Below are positions 36,754 to 48,585 of a stretch of 64,000 nt of DNA, one piece after another. The position numbers and the translations under genes are program-made. The DNA lies in NCBI RefSeq assembly GCF_004010195.1, contig NC_057752.1, forward strand, positions 12,836,381 to 12,900,380, in the 5' to 3' direction. The notes below the pieces were generated by a model. That model ran no database searches. It saw nothing but the letters and a program-made list of their open reading frames with translations, and was not told the origin of the DNA. Numbering within the stretch: position 1 is the first letter of the stretch; each line of letters opens with the position of its first letter. Source of the stretch: Chiloscyllium plagiosum. Taxonomy: Eukaryota.

Positions 36754-39000
36754 TCTGCACCCTCTCTAAAGCTTCCACATCTTTCCTATAATGAGGTGAC
36801 CAGATCAAACACAATATTCCAAATGTGGTCTATCCAGTGCTGTACAGAGCTGCAGCATAACTTTGCGGCTCTTAAACTCAATCTCCCTGCTAATGAAAGC
36901 CAACATACCATACGCCTTCTTAATAACCCTATCAGCTTGGGTGGCAACTTCGAGGGATCTATGGACGTGGACCCCAAGATCCCTCTATTCCTCCACACTG
37001 TCAAGAATCCTGCCTTTAACCCTGTAACCTGCATTCAAATTTGACCTTCCACTTTTCCAGTTTGAACTCCGTCTGCCACTTTTCAGCCCAGTTCTACATC
37101 CTGTCAATGTCCTGTTGCAACCTACAACAGCCCTCCACATTATTCACAACTCCACCAACCTTCATGTCATCGACAAACTGGGCGGCACGGTGGCACAGTG
37201 GTTAGCACTGCTGCCTCACCAGTGCCAGAGACCTGGGTTCAGTTCCCGCCTCAGGCGACTGACTGTGTGGAGTTTGCACGTTCTCCCTGTGTCTGCGTGG
37301 GTTTCCTCCGGGTGCTCCGGTTTCCTCCCACAGTCCAAAGATGTGCAGGTCAGGTGAATTGGCCATGCTAAATTGCCNNNNNNNNNNNNNNNNNNNNNNG
37401 TAATCTAATCTAATCTAATCTAATCTAAGTAATCTAATCTAAAAAAACTTACTAACCCACCCTTCCACTTCCTCATCCAAGTCATTTGTACAAATCGCAA
37501 AGAGCAGAGGTCCCAGAATAGATCCTTGCAGAATACCACTGGTCACCGAGTTCCAGGCTGAATAATTTCCATCTACTATCACCCTCTGTCTTCTATGGGC
37601 CAGCCAATTCTGTGTCCAGACAGCCAGATTTCCCTGTATCCCGTGCCTCTGTACTTTCTGAATGAGCCTACCATGGGGAACCTTATCAAATGCCTTGCTA
37701 AAATCCATGTACACCACATCCACTGCTCTACCTTCATCTATGTGTTTTGTCACATCCTCAAAGAATTCAATAAAGTTTGAGGCATGATCTGCCCCTCACA
37801 AAGCCACGCTGACTATCTCTAATCAAACTATGGTTTTCCAAGTAATCATAAATCCTGTCTCTCAGAATCCTCCAGTAATCTTCCCACCACAGATATAAGA
37901 CTGACTGGTCTGAAATTCCCAGGGTTATCCCTCGTCCCTTTCTTGAACAAGGGAATAACATTTACCACCCTCTAATCACCTGGTACTACTCCAGTGGACA
38001 GTGAGGGTGCAAAGATCATCGCCAAAGGTGCAGCAGTCTCTTCCCTCGCTTCCTGTAGAAACCTTGGGAATATCCCATCTGTCCCAGGGGGTTTATCTAT
38101 TCTCATGTTTTTCAAAATTTCCAGCACATCCTCCTCCTTAACATCAATCTATTTGAGCATATCAGCCTGTTTCACGCTGTCCTCACAAACAACAAGGTAG
38201 TGAATACTGAAGCAAAGTATTCATTAATGACCTCCCCTACCTCCTCGGAGTCAAGGCACAGGTTCCCTCCACTATCCGTGATCAGCCCTATCCTCACTCT
38301 GGCCATCCTCTTGTTCCTCACATAGGTGTAGAATGCCTTAGGGTTTTCCTTTAAACCTACCTGCTAAAGCTTTTTCATGCCCCCTTCTAGCTCTCCTAAA
38401 TCCATTCTTCAGTTCCTTCATGGCTACCTTGTAACCCTCTGGAGCCCTGTCTGATCCTTGCTTCCTCAACCTTAAGTAAGCTTCCATCTTCCTCTTAACC
38501 AGGTGTTCTATATCCCTTGTCACCCAAGGTTCCTTCACCTTATCATCCTTTCCTTACCTCAGTGGGACAAACCTGTCCAGCACTGTCAGCAAGTGCTCCC
38601 TAAACAACCTCCGCATTTCTGTTGTGCATTTTCCCAAGAACATCTGTTCCCAATTTAGGTGCCCCAGTTCCTGCCGAATAGCACTGTGATTCACCCTCCC
38701 CCAATTAAATACTTTCCCGTCTGCTCCTATCCCTCTTCATGAACTATAATAAAGATCAGGGAGTTGTGATCACTATCACCGAAAATGCTCTCCCATTGAG
38801 AGATCTGACACCTGGTCTAGTTCGTTGCCAAGCACCAATCCCCTCTCGTCAGCCTAACTAAACATTGAGTCGGGAATCATCCTGCAACACCTGACAAAAA
38901 CTGCTCCATCCACTATTTGAACTAAGGAGGTTCCAATCAATATTTAGTGAAATTAAAGTCACCATGACAACAACCCTATTACTTTTGCAGCTTTCCAAAG
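36754..39000 (-). mobile_element. CR1 ORF2 internal segment (endonuclease end to post-RT), lacking 3' end
   Basis: VDVVYMDFSKAFDKVPHGRL, GILQGSILGPLLF, IRDSQRGFVRGRSCL and KEPWVTRDI; ggtgactttaat (GDFN) at ~38955. Confidence 0.92.
37180..37440 (+). mobile_element. Young HE1-like SINE inserted into the CR1 RT at the FADD motif; contains a 22-N gap (37378-37399)
   Basis: gggcggcacggtggcacagtggttagcactgctgcctc with CpGs retained; (taatc)n tail; aaact on both sides. Confidence 0.9.
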
Positions 39001-39299
39001 GATAACACGTAGCAGATTTAATAGAGAGATGAGAAGGGCCATGAATCTGTGGAATTCACTCTCCCAGGAGTGAGACAGATTTTTAATTAGTAATGGGTTG
39101 AAGGGTTGTAGAAAGCGGTCAGGAACATGGAGTTGACACTGAGATGAGATCAGCCATGATTGCATTAAATGGCAGAGCAGGCTTGAGGGGCTGAATAGCC
39201 TACTCCTGCTCCTTCTTATGTTCTTCAGCCCCCTTGTTTAATGTGTTTTAATCATCTCAGTTGAGATGATCAGGGCAGTAATGATAACACCTCTTTCCC

Positions 39300-39520
39300 C
39301 CCCAACTAAATAATGTCACAGGAACTTTTATGTCTGCCACCAAAAGTAAGTACAGCCTCTGTTTAATATCCCAGCTGAATGGCAGGACTTGCAACAGCAC
39401 AGCACTCACTTAGTGCTGCACCAAAGTGTTAGGCCAGATTTTGGCTCTGCAGTGGAACTTGAACTTGCAACTTGCAACTTGCTGCTTCAAAATGCGGGAG
39501 TGCGAATACACTGAGCTACA
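39300..39520 (-). mobile_element. Deu-domain-like SINE 5' part, decayed
   Basis: acagcacagcactcacttagtgctgcac...ggaacttgaacttg resembles 8220-8360 and 43960-44100. Confidence 0.5.
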
Positions 39521-40119
39521 GCTGGCACCAGTTGATTTGCCTCCCTGGGCTCCTATTTGAAGAATGTCCCTTTGAACTAAGCTACTGACTGGTACTCTGC
39601 ATCCATGGAACATTCTCCCAGAAATTATTGGTCCCCCTCAGGAGGGGCAGGGCGAGAAGTCATGGTCACGTTGTCTTCAAGACTGACAGTGCTCCTTAAC
39701 ATCCTGTCAGTTGAGTCCTGATGAATAGCTAGTTAATTTGCCATGAATTATTGTAACTGGGCTCAAATTGTTGCACACAGGCTGCTACTTATTATTCAGT
39801 TTCTGGCAGGTGACTGGATTAACCAGAGGTTGGGTAATTCTGCAAGTTTAGCGCTGTTGACCTCTTAAACTATAAAAGTGAAGCGTTAACAATTTATGAG
39901 GCTGAGTGGAGCTGTGCGATTTCATCATAACGTTGGCTTTTTGTTTTGTTGATCATTTGTTACATGAGCTCAAAAATCAGAAAAAAATGGCTCGAGTAAA
40001 GATGTTCTTTCAGCAGGATTTACAATTTGGACCATTGCTGGAAAGCTATTTAATCACCAGAAAGGGATAGACAAACAGGGAGATCTCTTCCAGTTAGCTC
40101 GTTCATTTTTCTATAAAAT

Positions 40120-40760
40120 CATAAGACACAGGAATAGAATTAGACCATTTGGCACCTTGAGCCTGCTTCCCCATTCAACAAGACGATGAGATGTAGAAAC
40201 AGCAGGAGGCCATTCAGCCCACTGTGGTTGTTCCACCATTCAATGAAATCATGGCTGATCTTATCATCCTCAACTCCACTTTCCTGCCTTTTTCCCATAA
40301 CCCCTCAATTCCCTTCCTAATTGAAAATCTCTCTGTCTCAACCTTGAATATACTTAATGACCCAGCCTTGACAGCCCTCTGTGGGAAAGAATTCCACAGA
40401 CTCATTCCTCTCTGAGAGAAGTCATGATTTGGAGATGCCGGTGTTGGACTGGGGTGTACAAAGTTAAAAATCACACAACACCAGGTTATAGTCCAACAGG
40501 TTTAATTGGAAGCACACTAGCTTCACTTGATGAAGGAGCGTTGCTCCGAAAGCTAGTGTGCTTCCAATTAAACCTGTTGGACTATAACCTGGTGTTGTGT
40601 GATTTTAAACTCTCTGAGAGAAGAAATTCCTCCTCATCTCCATCTGCAATGGCTGACCTCTTATTCTGGGATTATAGCCTCTGGTCTGAGACTCTCTCAC
40701 AAGGGGGAATAACCTCTCCACATCTCCCCTGTCAAGTCCCCCAGGGAATCTTGGAAGCTT
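40120..40760 (-). mobile_element. CR1 3' fragment hosting a PLE hairpin insert
   Basis: SQRGMSLWNSFPQRAVKAGSLSIFK on minus; resumes after 40623 with aaattcctcctcatctc. Confidence 0.8.
40422..40609. mobile_element. Fold-back PLE terminal-repeat insert (family P3) with 14-bp TSD
   Basis: Arms ~40466-40523 and 40550-40607; central tTGATGAaGGAGCgttGCTCCGAAAgctagtg; TSD ctctctgagagaag at 40408-40421 and 40610-40623. Confidence 0.85.
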
Positions 40761-41377
40761 CAATAATGGCAGTTCTGGAGAGGTAGCGTTCCCTCAGAAT
40801 TGTATGAGCATTGGCCTAGAAATCAAGGGATGACACACCCTCAGTCCCATTTTACCAAAGCAATAATGATTCACTGTGATTCTCCCTGTTGTGATATTGC
40901 CCCTAAGGACAGGACCCCTGCTCATTTCTCCACTCCACATGGTGCCTCACCTTTACCTTCAGTTGAGAGCCTCCTATTTTCAATGAGAAATGTGCAACAT
41001 GACAAGGGAGAATATAGTGAGGTCATTCCCCATTGCCTTCCTCGTGGATGCTTAAACGTAACAGAAGTCCTCTTCCTGAAGAATTATCTCCTTGCAGCAA
41101 CCGGTGTGTCTTGATGCTCAAGCTTTTCCACCCCCAGCCCTCTGGAAGGTGGCCAGTCCCACTGCTGGCATTGGCTCTTAAATGGCTTCCAAACCACTTA
41201 AAGATATCACTCAAGCAAATTTAATAACTCCCTTCAGTTTTCAAAGCAGAACCCTTTGCTGAGCCAATGTTTTTGTTGATCTGGGTTCATAGCCAAGTAC
41301 TTGTGATAGTTATAAGTTGTTTGTTCTGTGATCTCTTTTGTCAATGTATCAGAGTCTATTTGGACAAAATGAAGAGG

Positions 41378-41485
41378 ATGTGGAGGTGCTGGTGTTGGAC
41401 TGGGGTGGATAAAGTCAGAAGTCACACGACACCAGATTATAGTCCAACAGGTTTATTTGAAATCACAAGTTATTGGAGTGTTGTA
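41378..41485 (-). mobile_element. Older P3-type PLE terminal fragment
   Basis: ggtgttggactgggg...cacacgacaccagattatagtccaacaggtttat similar to 40430-40510. Confidence 0.75.
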
Positions 41486-43734
41486 TCTCAGACCTCAGTC
41501 TCAGATTTAAATTTATCAATTGACACAGTATTCACTATAATAGCATCCGCTACATTTTTCCCATATAGATTCCAATCATAAGGCTCCTGCCCTAAGCTAG
41601 GGATTCCCCATTTATCTGTAAGGAATTCATTACTGCAGTGATTGTATAATTTCCCGTCTCATAGGCAGATGTGCGTTCCTTAGTTGAAATTGTTCTTGCT
41701 TCCTTACGGCCTCGCTATCCATTCCTCATCTTCACAGCCTTCCCTCCCCCTCTCTCTCTCATGAAGCCTCCCTGTCTTTGCCACCTGCTCGTGCCTTTGG
41801 CAAAATGGTGGCAGGTTCCTGGTCCCACCCTGCTGCCAGACTTCGTCCTTAGGCCCCAGAGTTGGGTTCTTGGCAACCCCACTCTTGGCCCTGGTTTGCA
41901 GGCTTTGGCCCCTCAACTCGGCCCCTCAGCCCTTCCCCAGTGACTTCTAAAGCACTGCTGCCTTAGCCATTACTGCTCCAACTGCCCCCAGCAGAATTTA
42001 TCTGAGGGTCACTGCCAGAAAAAAGCCAGACATATAACTACTTTGGTGATCTTGTATGGAGAGTACTTATTGGAATGTACTTAACAGGCCGGCTTAGCGG
42101 CCTTTCTGCACTGGAACGTTCTGGAATTTTGAGAGTGGAGTAAACATTGACAGCACTATGTCAGCCAGCGAGTAGGAAGTGAGGCTCCCTGAACTCCTGA
42201 CTGGAACTCGAGCAGCACATCCTGATTAAAGCAGGATTATTCTGTCAGCAAAGCCCAGTGAATTAGGACTAGTTACATCATACAAATGAGGGATGTACTT
42301 ACAGCAGTGTGGTCTGCCAAAGTCACTGACAGGCTTGCAATTATCCAACATTTCCATAGTCATCTCCATTTTTGTGGTGTCACCATATACAGCTGTTTCA
42401 GATCTGACCCTGAAATGTCAAATTGTTGGCAGCCATCTTGCCTTTGAGTTTGAAGATTCAAGCATCAAAATTTGAGGCTGTCTCTCCCTGGGCTGTACAG
42501 AAGAAGTTCTGCAATGCTGGACGGGCCACAATTTGGCTGAGGCTCCAGCTGTCTGCCCTCTGCTAGAAGGAGTCATTGCATTATATCGATGAAGGGCAGG
42601 AAAGATTCTCCACAATGCCCTGGTTTATAGTTACCCCTCAATCAACATCACCAGACTAGATGATCTGGGTCATTATCCCATTGCTGTTTATGGGAGCTTG
42701 CTGTGCCCTGAGGTTTGAAAGGCAAGACCTATGTAAAGGCAAGACCTTTATTTGTACCTGGAAATCTCGAGGCAGTGGTAGCAACTGCTGGTTGTGGTAG
42801 GCCTGAAGCTGGGGTCTCCTGGTTATCAGTGAGGCAATGGCAGCTCCTGGTTGTGATAGCCCTGGAGCCAGTGTCTCTTAGTTATTGGTGACGCAGTGTC
42901 AGCAGTGGAGCTGGGAAATTCTGGTTGCAGGGTAAGTTGTGTTAGCACAGGATTCAGCGGCGAAGTCATCCCATTGGCAAAGAGATGGCACCTAAAGAGT
43001 GGCAACTCCTACATTGGTCGGTCTGGCACAGGCGGCAGTGAGGTGGTGGAGGAGGGGTGGTGGTACAGGGGTTGTTGGTGAACCAGCTCAGGCCCAATGG
43101 TGGAGACAGCAGAACAAAGACAGGCACTCTTTCAGCTGTATCTTTATCGTATTTTTATTCTTAAAACATTCAAAATGGTGGCCAATTGTGACAACAGTTG
43201 AAGCTTTTCACTATTATTCACTGTAGAATGCAAGTGACAATAAATCATTCAGTTCAATAAATCAAGCATATAAGAGACCAACCCATCAATCTAGTCATTA
43301 CTTCACCCTAGGTCCCAGAAATAAAAAGCCAGCGATGATCTTCAGTGGATATGTTGATTTTAATTGGAATCCATTTTGTCACACAGCCGATAACCGGCAA
43401 CCTGACTGTTGCATCTGTTTTAGCAAACAGTGCTGCATTTTAGTGAGGCTCTATTTTCTATTTTCAGTTAATGCTGCATGCCACATAAACAAAGTTCTGC
43501 CATTCTGAGTTGTATCTGTTTACTGATTGTGATTAGCAGCTTTTAATCAGTGTGCATATTTTGTTAACCTCAACAATTTACTCTTCGATTGGATCCGTGA
43601 GTATGTTGAGCCTGCAGGTCTGTTCATTCCTCACTCGTTGGAGGGTCTGCATTGTATCCAATAACTTGGATTTGTTTGCTGCATAGTAGTTCAAATGAAC
43701 AGTGATTCAAAATTATCCAGTTAAAAGAACAACT

Positions 43735-44110
43735 TGCCTTTATATGACCTTCAAGCCACCACATACTAGCCAATGGAATACTTTTTGCAGTGTACTCACT
43801 GTTATAGGAACCGCAGCATTAATTTGCACACAGCAAGCTCCTACAGTGTGATTCTGAACATTGTTTTAACGATGTTGGTTGAGGGATAAATGTTGGTCAG
43901 GACACTGGAGAGAAGTTCCCAGTTAACAGATGTCCTGGGAGCTTTACTCCCCACCTGAGAGCTGGGGAGCTCCGTTTATTCCATAGTGCAGCTCTCCCTT
44001 GGTACTGCACCTGAAAAATCGGCCCAGATCTTCCACTCGAGTCTCCAGTGGTTGGGGAGCTGAATCCACAAGCTTTGAACCCTGAGGCAAAAGTATTACC
44101 CATCAAACCA
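43735..44110 (-). mobile_element. Deu-domain-like SINE
   Basis: gatgttggttgagggataaatgttggtcaggacac, gcacacagcaagctcctacag and agccaatggaatacttttt are reverse complements of Deu core and tail motifs. Confidence 0.7.
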
Positions 44111-45479
44111 CAGTTGACACCACTTTTTTTTTGCTTCAACAAATCGTTTTCTGCTCTGCACCGTCTTAGCTTGAAAGGGAATCCACTCAGGATTGTTATT
44201 GTAACCAAAGTCTGAAAGGACTGCTGTCTCATTAGAGGGACAACTGGTGGTGGCTTAGGGTTTACCACACCTCAGGCAGTCAGTTTGAGTGTCAAGTGAG
44301 AAGATGGGATTTTCATGTGACCTCCGCTGGTGTGGGAATTGAATCCAGCTGTTGGCATCACTTTGCACTGTAAACCAGCCTTTCAGCTAACTGAGGGATT
44401 GTCCTGCTGACTGCTAGATTCCAAACAGTTAGAGGTATTGAGCAAAGTCAGGATTGCCCTCTTAGCTGTGAAAGGAGCATAAGCTAGCAGTGATCCCTGT
44501 CTCTGGTCACGCAAGAAGGATGTCCAGTTGGGTGAGTTAACTAAAGGCATTATGGAATTGCCTAGGCCTCAAGAACTAGATGACAGTGCCTATAACAGTA
44601 AGGATTGCCAGCCTTCCAGGATTGCCCTGCTGACTCGAGGAATTCAAGATTAATCTTTTGCTCCCACGAGCAAAACCAGAAGGAAGATCATTGGGATCTT
44701 TAGTGTGTTTCTATATCAATGCAAGTCTTTCTTTGTTCTTTTTACCCAATCCACCATGGAATTGTAATTGTCCCGATTGGCTGGCAATCTTCTCAGAAGT
44801 ATCCAATCAACAAGCTGTCTCCAGGAGTCCTGTCCAAGAAAGGAAACAGGGAACTAGGAGACCCAGTCAGAAGGCTGGCTGCCATTTCTGGCTGGCAGCT
44901 CCATCTAGAGAAGGGGGCGCTGCTAAGTCAGGCAGGAGACTGAGTGCAACTCAAAATGGGGACACTCCCTTCAGCGTGGAGAAAGATTTTTTAAAAATAT
45001 CACACATGGCCACTGCTGAAAGGCCATTGTTAGGACAGGAGACTGTGGGAGGTTCCCTCCACTTTCCTGTTAGACTTTACCCTTTGACTTTCACTTTGCA
45101 CCCGTCTGTACCATCAGAAACATGTCAGCAATGCCAAAGGTTCGAATTCATTGAGCGACTAATCGAAAGTGGTATTTTCCAACTTTTCTCCCAGTCCTGC
45201 CTCTGGGTCTGGAAAACCCCTATCAATTGACTCCAAGGTCCACCCATATATCACCAGATTCCTCCCCCAATCACCTACCTAGAAATTAGAACCTTCACCC
45301 ATGTAAGCTCCTGCCACTATTCTGGTGGGCTCCCTGGAAATCCAGGGTTCTTTAAAACTGCCCATTCAAGGGTGGGATTCTGTGAACATAGTGTCCAAAA
45401 ATAGGTGCAGTAATAATTTATGCTCACTGCCAAACCTAGTTACAGCGTTTCACCTCTGAATTTTAAAGGTGAAGTGAGA

Positions 45480-47020
45480 CTGACAGTCCCTGACATCAAA
45501 ACAGCATTTCACTGAGTGTGTCATCAAGGAGCCCCGGCAAACCTGGAGTCAATGGGCATCGGGGCAAACTCTCCGCTGGTTGGAGTCATACCTGGCACAT
45601 AGGAAGATGGTTGTGGTTGGTGGAGGTCAGTCATCTCAGCTCCAGGACGCCTCTGCAGGAGTTCCTCAGGGTAGTGTCCTAGGCCCAACTACTTTCAGCC
45701 GCTTCATCAATGACCTTCCCTCCATCATAAGGTCAGAAGTGGGGATGTTCGCTGATGATTGCACAATGTTCAGCACCACTCGTGACTCCTCAGATACTGA
45801 AGCAGTCCATGTCCAAATGCAACAAGATCCGGACAATATCCAGGCTTGGGCTGATGATTGGGGATTAATATTCACACCACACAAGTGCCATGCAATGACC
45901 ATCTCAGACAAAAGATAATCAGAACATCTTGTTTACTGGCATTGCCACTGTGGACTTTTTTTTTTCCTGGAATGTGGGCATTACTAGCAAGGCCAGCATT
46001 TGTTGCCCATTCCTAATTACTCCCTGATTTGAACCAAGTGGCTCAGCCATTTAAGAGTCAAGCACATTGCTGTGAGTTTGGGATCACATGTAGACCAGAC
46101 AAGATGACGATGGTGGATTTTCTTTCTTAAAGGGCATTAGTGGGATCCCCATTATTCACATCAGAGGGATTACCATTTGTCCAGAAACTGAACTGGATTG
46201 GTCATATATATAGATGCTTGTTTTTGACTGGCACATACTTGATGGACTGAAGGGTCTTTTCTGTGCTGTAGATCTGTATGACTCTGATTGTAGCTGCAGG
46301 AGCAGGTCATAAATTGGGAATTTAACAGTGAGCAACACACCTTCTGTCTCCCCAAAGCCTGTCCACCATTGACATGGCACAAACCAGGTGTGTGATGGAT
46401 TTAGTCATCACTTCCCTGGATGAGTGCAGCTCTAGTAATACACAACAAAGCAGCTCAATTGATTGGTACCTCATCCAGGACCTTAAATGTCCACTCCCTC
46501 CACCACCAGTGTACAGTGGCAGCAGTGTGTGCCATCCACAAAATGCAATGCAGCAACTCACGAAGGCTCCTTTGAAAGGAGGCCTTGCAAACATGCAACC
46601 ACTTCCATTTAGAAGAACATGGGCAGTAGATAAAAGGGAACACCGCCCCCTGCAAGTTCCCCTCTAAGCCACTTACCATCCTGGCTTTGAAATATATAAT
46701 TAGAATCCCTTCAGTGTGGAAGCAGGTCCTTCAGCCCAACAAGTCCACACCGACCCTCCGAAGAATATCCCACCCAGACCAATTCCCCTATAGTTCCCCC
46801 CTCGACTAATGTACCTAACCTACACATCCCTGAGCACCATGGCCAATTCACCTATCCTGCACATCTTTGGATTGTGGGAGAAAACCCATGCAGACACAGA
46901 GAATGTGCAGACTCTACACAGACAGTTGCCCGAGGTTGGAATTGAACTTGGGTCTCTGGCACTGTGAGGCAGCAGTGCTAACCTTTGCGCCTTCAGTGTC
47001 ACTGGGTCAAAATCCTGGAA
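45480..47020 (+). mobile_element. LINE-B RT and C-terminus broken by nested SINE-B tail (~45955-46150, minus), CR1 tail (~46215-46290) and HE1 SINE
   Basis: ORF 45580-45918 AGVPQGSVLGPTTFSRFINDLP...GMFADDCTMF; collinear LINE-B pieces continue at 46155-46215, 46290-46700 and 46990-47020. Confidence 0.85.
46700..46985 (-). mobile_element. HE1-like V-SINE
   Basis: tagaatcccttcagtgtggaagcagg tail through ggcactgtgaggcagcagtgctaacc head. Confidence 0.85.
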
Positions 47021-48127
47021 ATTGTCATGACACAATTGAACGAAAAGCATATCCAAGCAAATCTGGAAGAGCTGGGCATTGCACATAACAGAGAGTGTCT
47101 GAAACACCTTTGCCTCCCTGGAGTTAGCTGTGTGCTCTATGCTCTTGCACCTTATGCGTTGAAGTAGAGACTCGCTGCACAGTAATGCATACTATTCTTT
47201 CTTGCCCTTGCCTCACAGTGCAACACGGGTTGTACAGTTGGTTTCAGACTGAAGCTGACTGAGTCTGTTAAGGGGCACACACAGAAAGTCAAACCAAAAT
47301 CAATGCTCAGATACTGACATAATTCTTGTATTTTGGAAATTAAGTATTTTTTAAAGGTTTTCCTTGTCTTTCCCTCCTTAAATTGCCCCACAGAAGTCAT
47401 TTTTATTGTGCTTTAAATGTCAATTTGGAAAGGGATTTAATGCCTTTGGGATTGTATTTTGTTTTGGACAGAAACATTTCAATCCTGACCAAGTGCAAGG
47501 ATTTGGCTTCAAGAGGGAGGAGAAGAGCCAACGACCACCGGAGGGCTTTCTAGCTGAGCTCTTCAACTACACCAGCATCACTCTCTCCCTCCTCCATTCC
47601 CCACTTACCACCAGTTCCATAATGCATCATTCAAGTACCCAGTCCTTTAGTCCAGATTTATAGCTCTTGTGGTTACTTCGATGCAAAGACAGATCTGTTT
47701 TTGCACTTCTCTACATCAAAGCATGTTTGAACTGATCCACATCAGCCAACCACCCATGTGGGGGCGATAGTGATGGAGTGGTGTTGTGGCTAGATGAGTA
47801 ATCCTGAACACCAGGCTAACTTTCTGGGGGCTTGGCTTTGAATCCCAGCAGGGTAGATGGTGAAATTTGAATTCGGGGAAAACCTGGGGGAAAAAAAGCC
47901 GACCCAATGGTGACTCTGTGTCCAGTGTCACAGAACCCCATCTGATTTGCTCATGTCCTTTAGCAAGGAAACCTACCATCCTTAGCTGGTCTGGCCTACA
48001 CGTGACTTCAGACCCACAGCCAATGTGGTTGACTCTTAACTGCCCCCTCTGAGCAAGTAAAGGATGGGCAAGAAATGCTGACCCAGACAGAGGTGCTCAT
48101 AATACATGACATTTAAAAAAAAACTAA

Positions 48128-48585
48128 TGCTGGACCTGGACTGGCAGTGTTTAGTGAGGACAGTCTAGAGGGAGCTTTACTTTGTATCTGATCCCATGCT
48201 GTCCCTGTCCTGGGAGTGTTTGATGGAGGGACAGTGTAGAGGGAGGTTTACTCTGTATCTAACCCCGTGCTGTCCCTGTCCTGGGAGTGTTTGATGGGGA
48301 CAGTGTAGAGAGAGCTTTACTCTGTATCTAACCCCGTACTGTCCCTGTCCTGGGAGTGTTTGATGGGGGGGCAGTGTAGAGGCAGCTTTACTCTGTATCT
48401 AACCCAGTGCTGTCCCTGTCCTGGGAGTGTTTGATGGAGGGACAGTGTTGAGGGAGCTTTACTCTGTATCTAACCCCGTACTGTCCCTGTCCTGGGAGTG
48501 TTTCATGGGGGGACAGTGTAGAGGGAGGTTTACTCTGTATCTAACCCTGTGCTGTCCTTGTCTTGGGAGTGTTTGATGAGACAGT
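48128..48585. repeat. Minisatellite, ~70-bp unit, about 6.5 copies
   Basis: Unit gagggagctttactctgtatctaaccccgtgctgtccctgtcctgggagtgtttgatgg(g)nacagtgta starting near 48168, 48239, 48308, 48379, 48450 and 48521. Confidence 0.95.

Noticed and set aside
37180..37260. tRNA gene
   Set aside because: A and B boxes belong to the HE1 SINE head; no complete cloverleaf, and the SINE body follows.
44658..45230. 190-aa ORF
   Set aside because: Non-ATG start, no recognisable domain, no supporting splice structure.
47472..47600. Acceptor-like site followed by an open frame (KHFNPDQVQG...)
   Set aside because: No convincing donor and no recognisable protein similarity.
48128..48585. CRISPR-like periodicity
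   Set aside because: Units are head-to-tail with no unique spacers; eukaryotic context and no cas genes.
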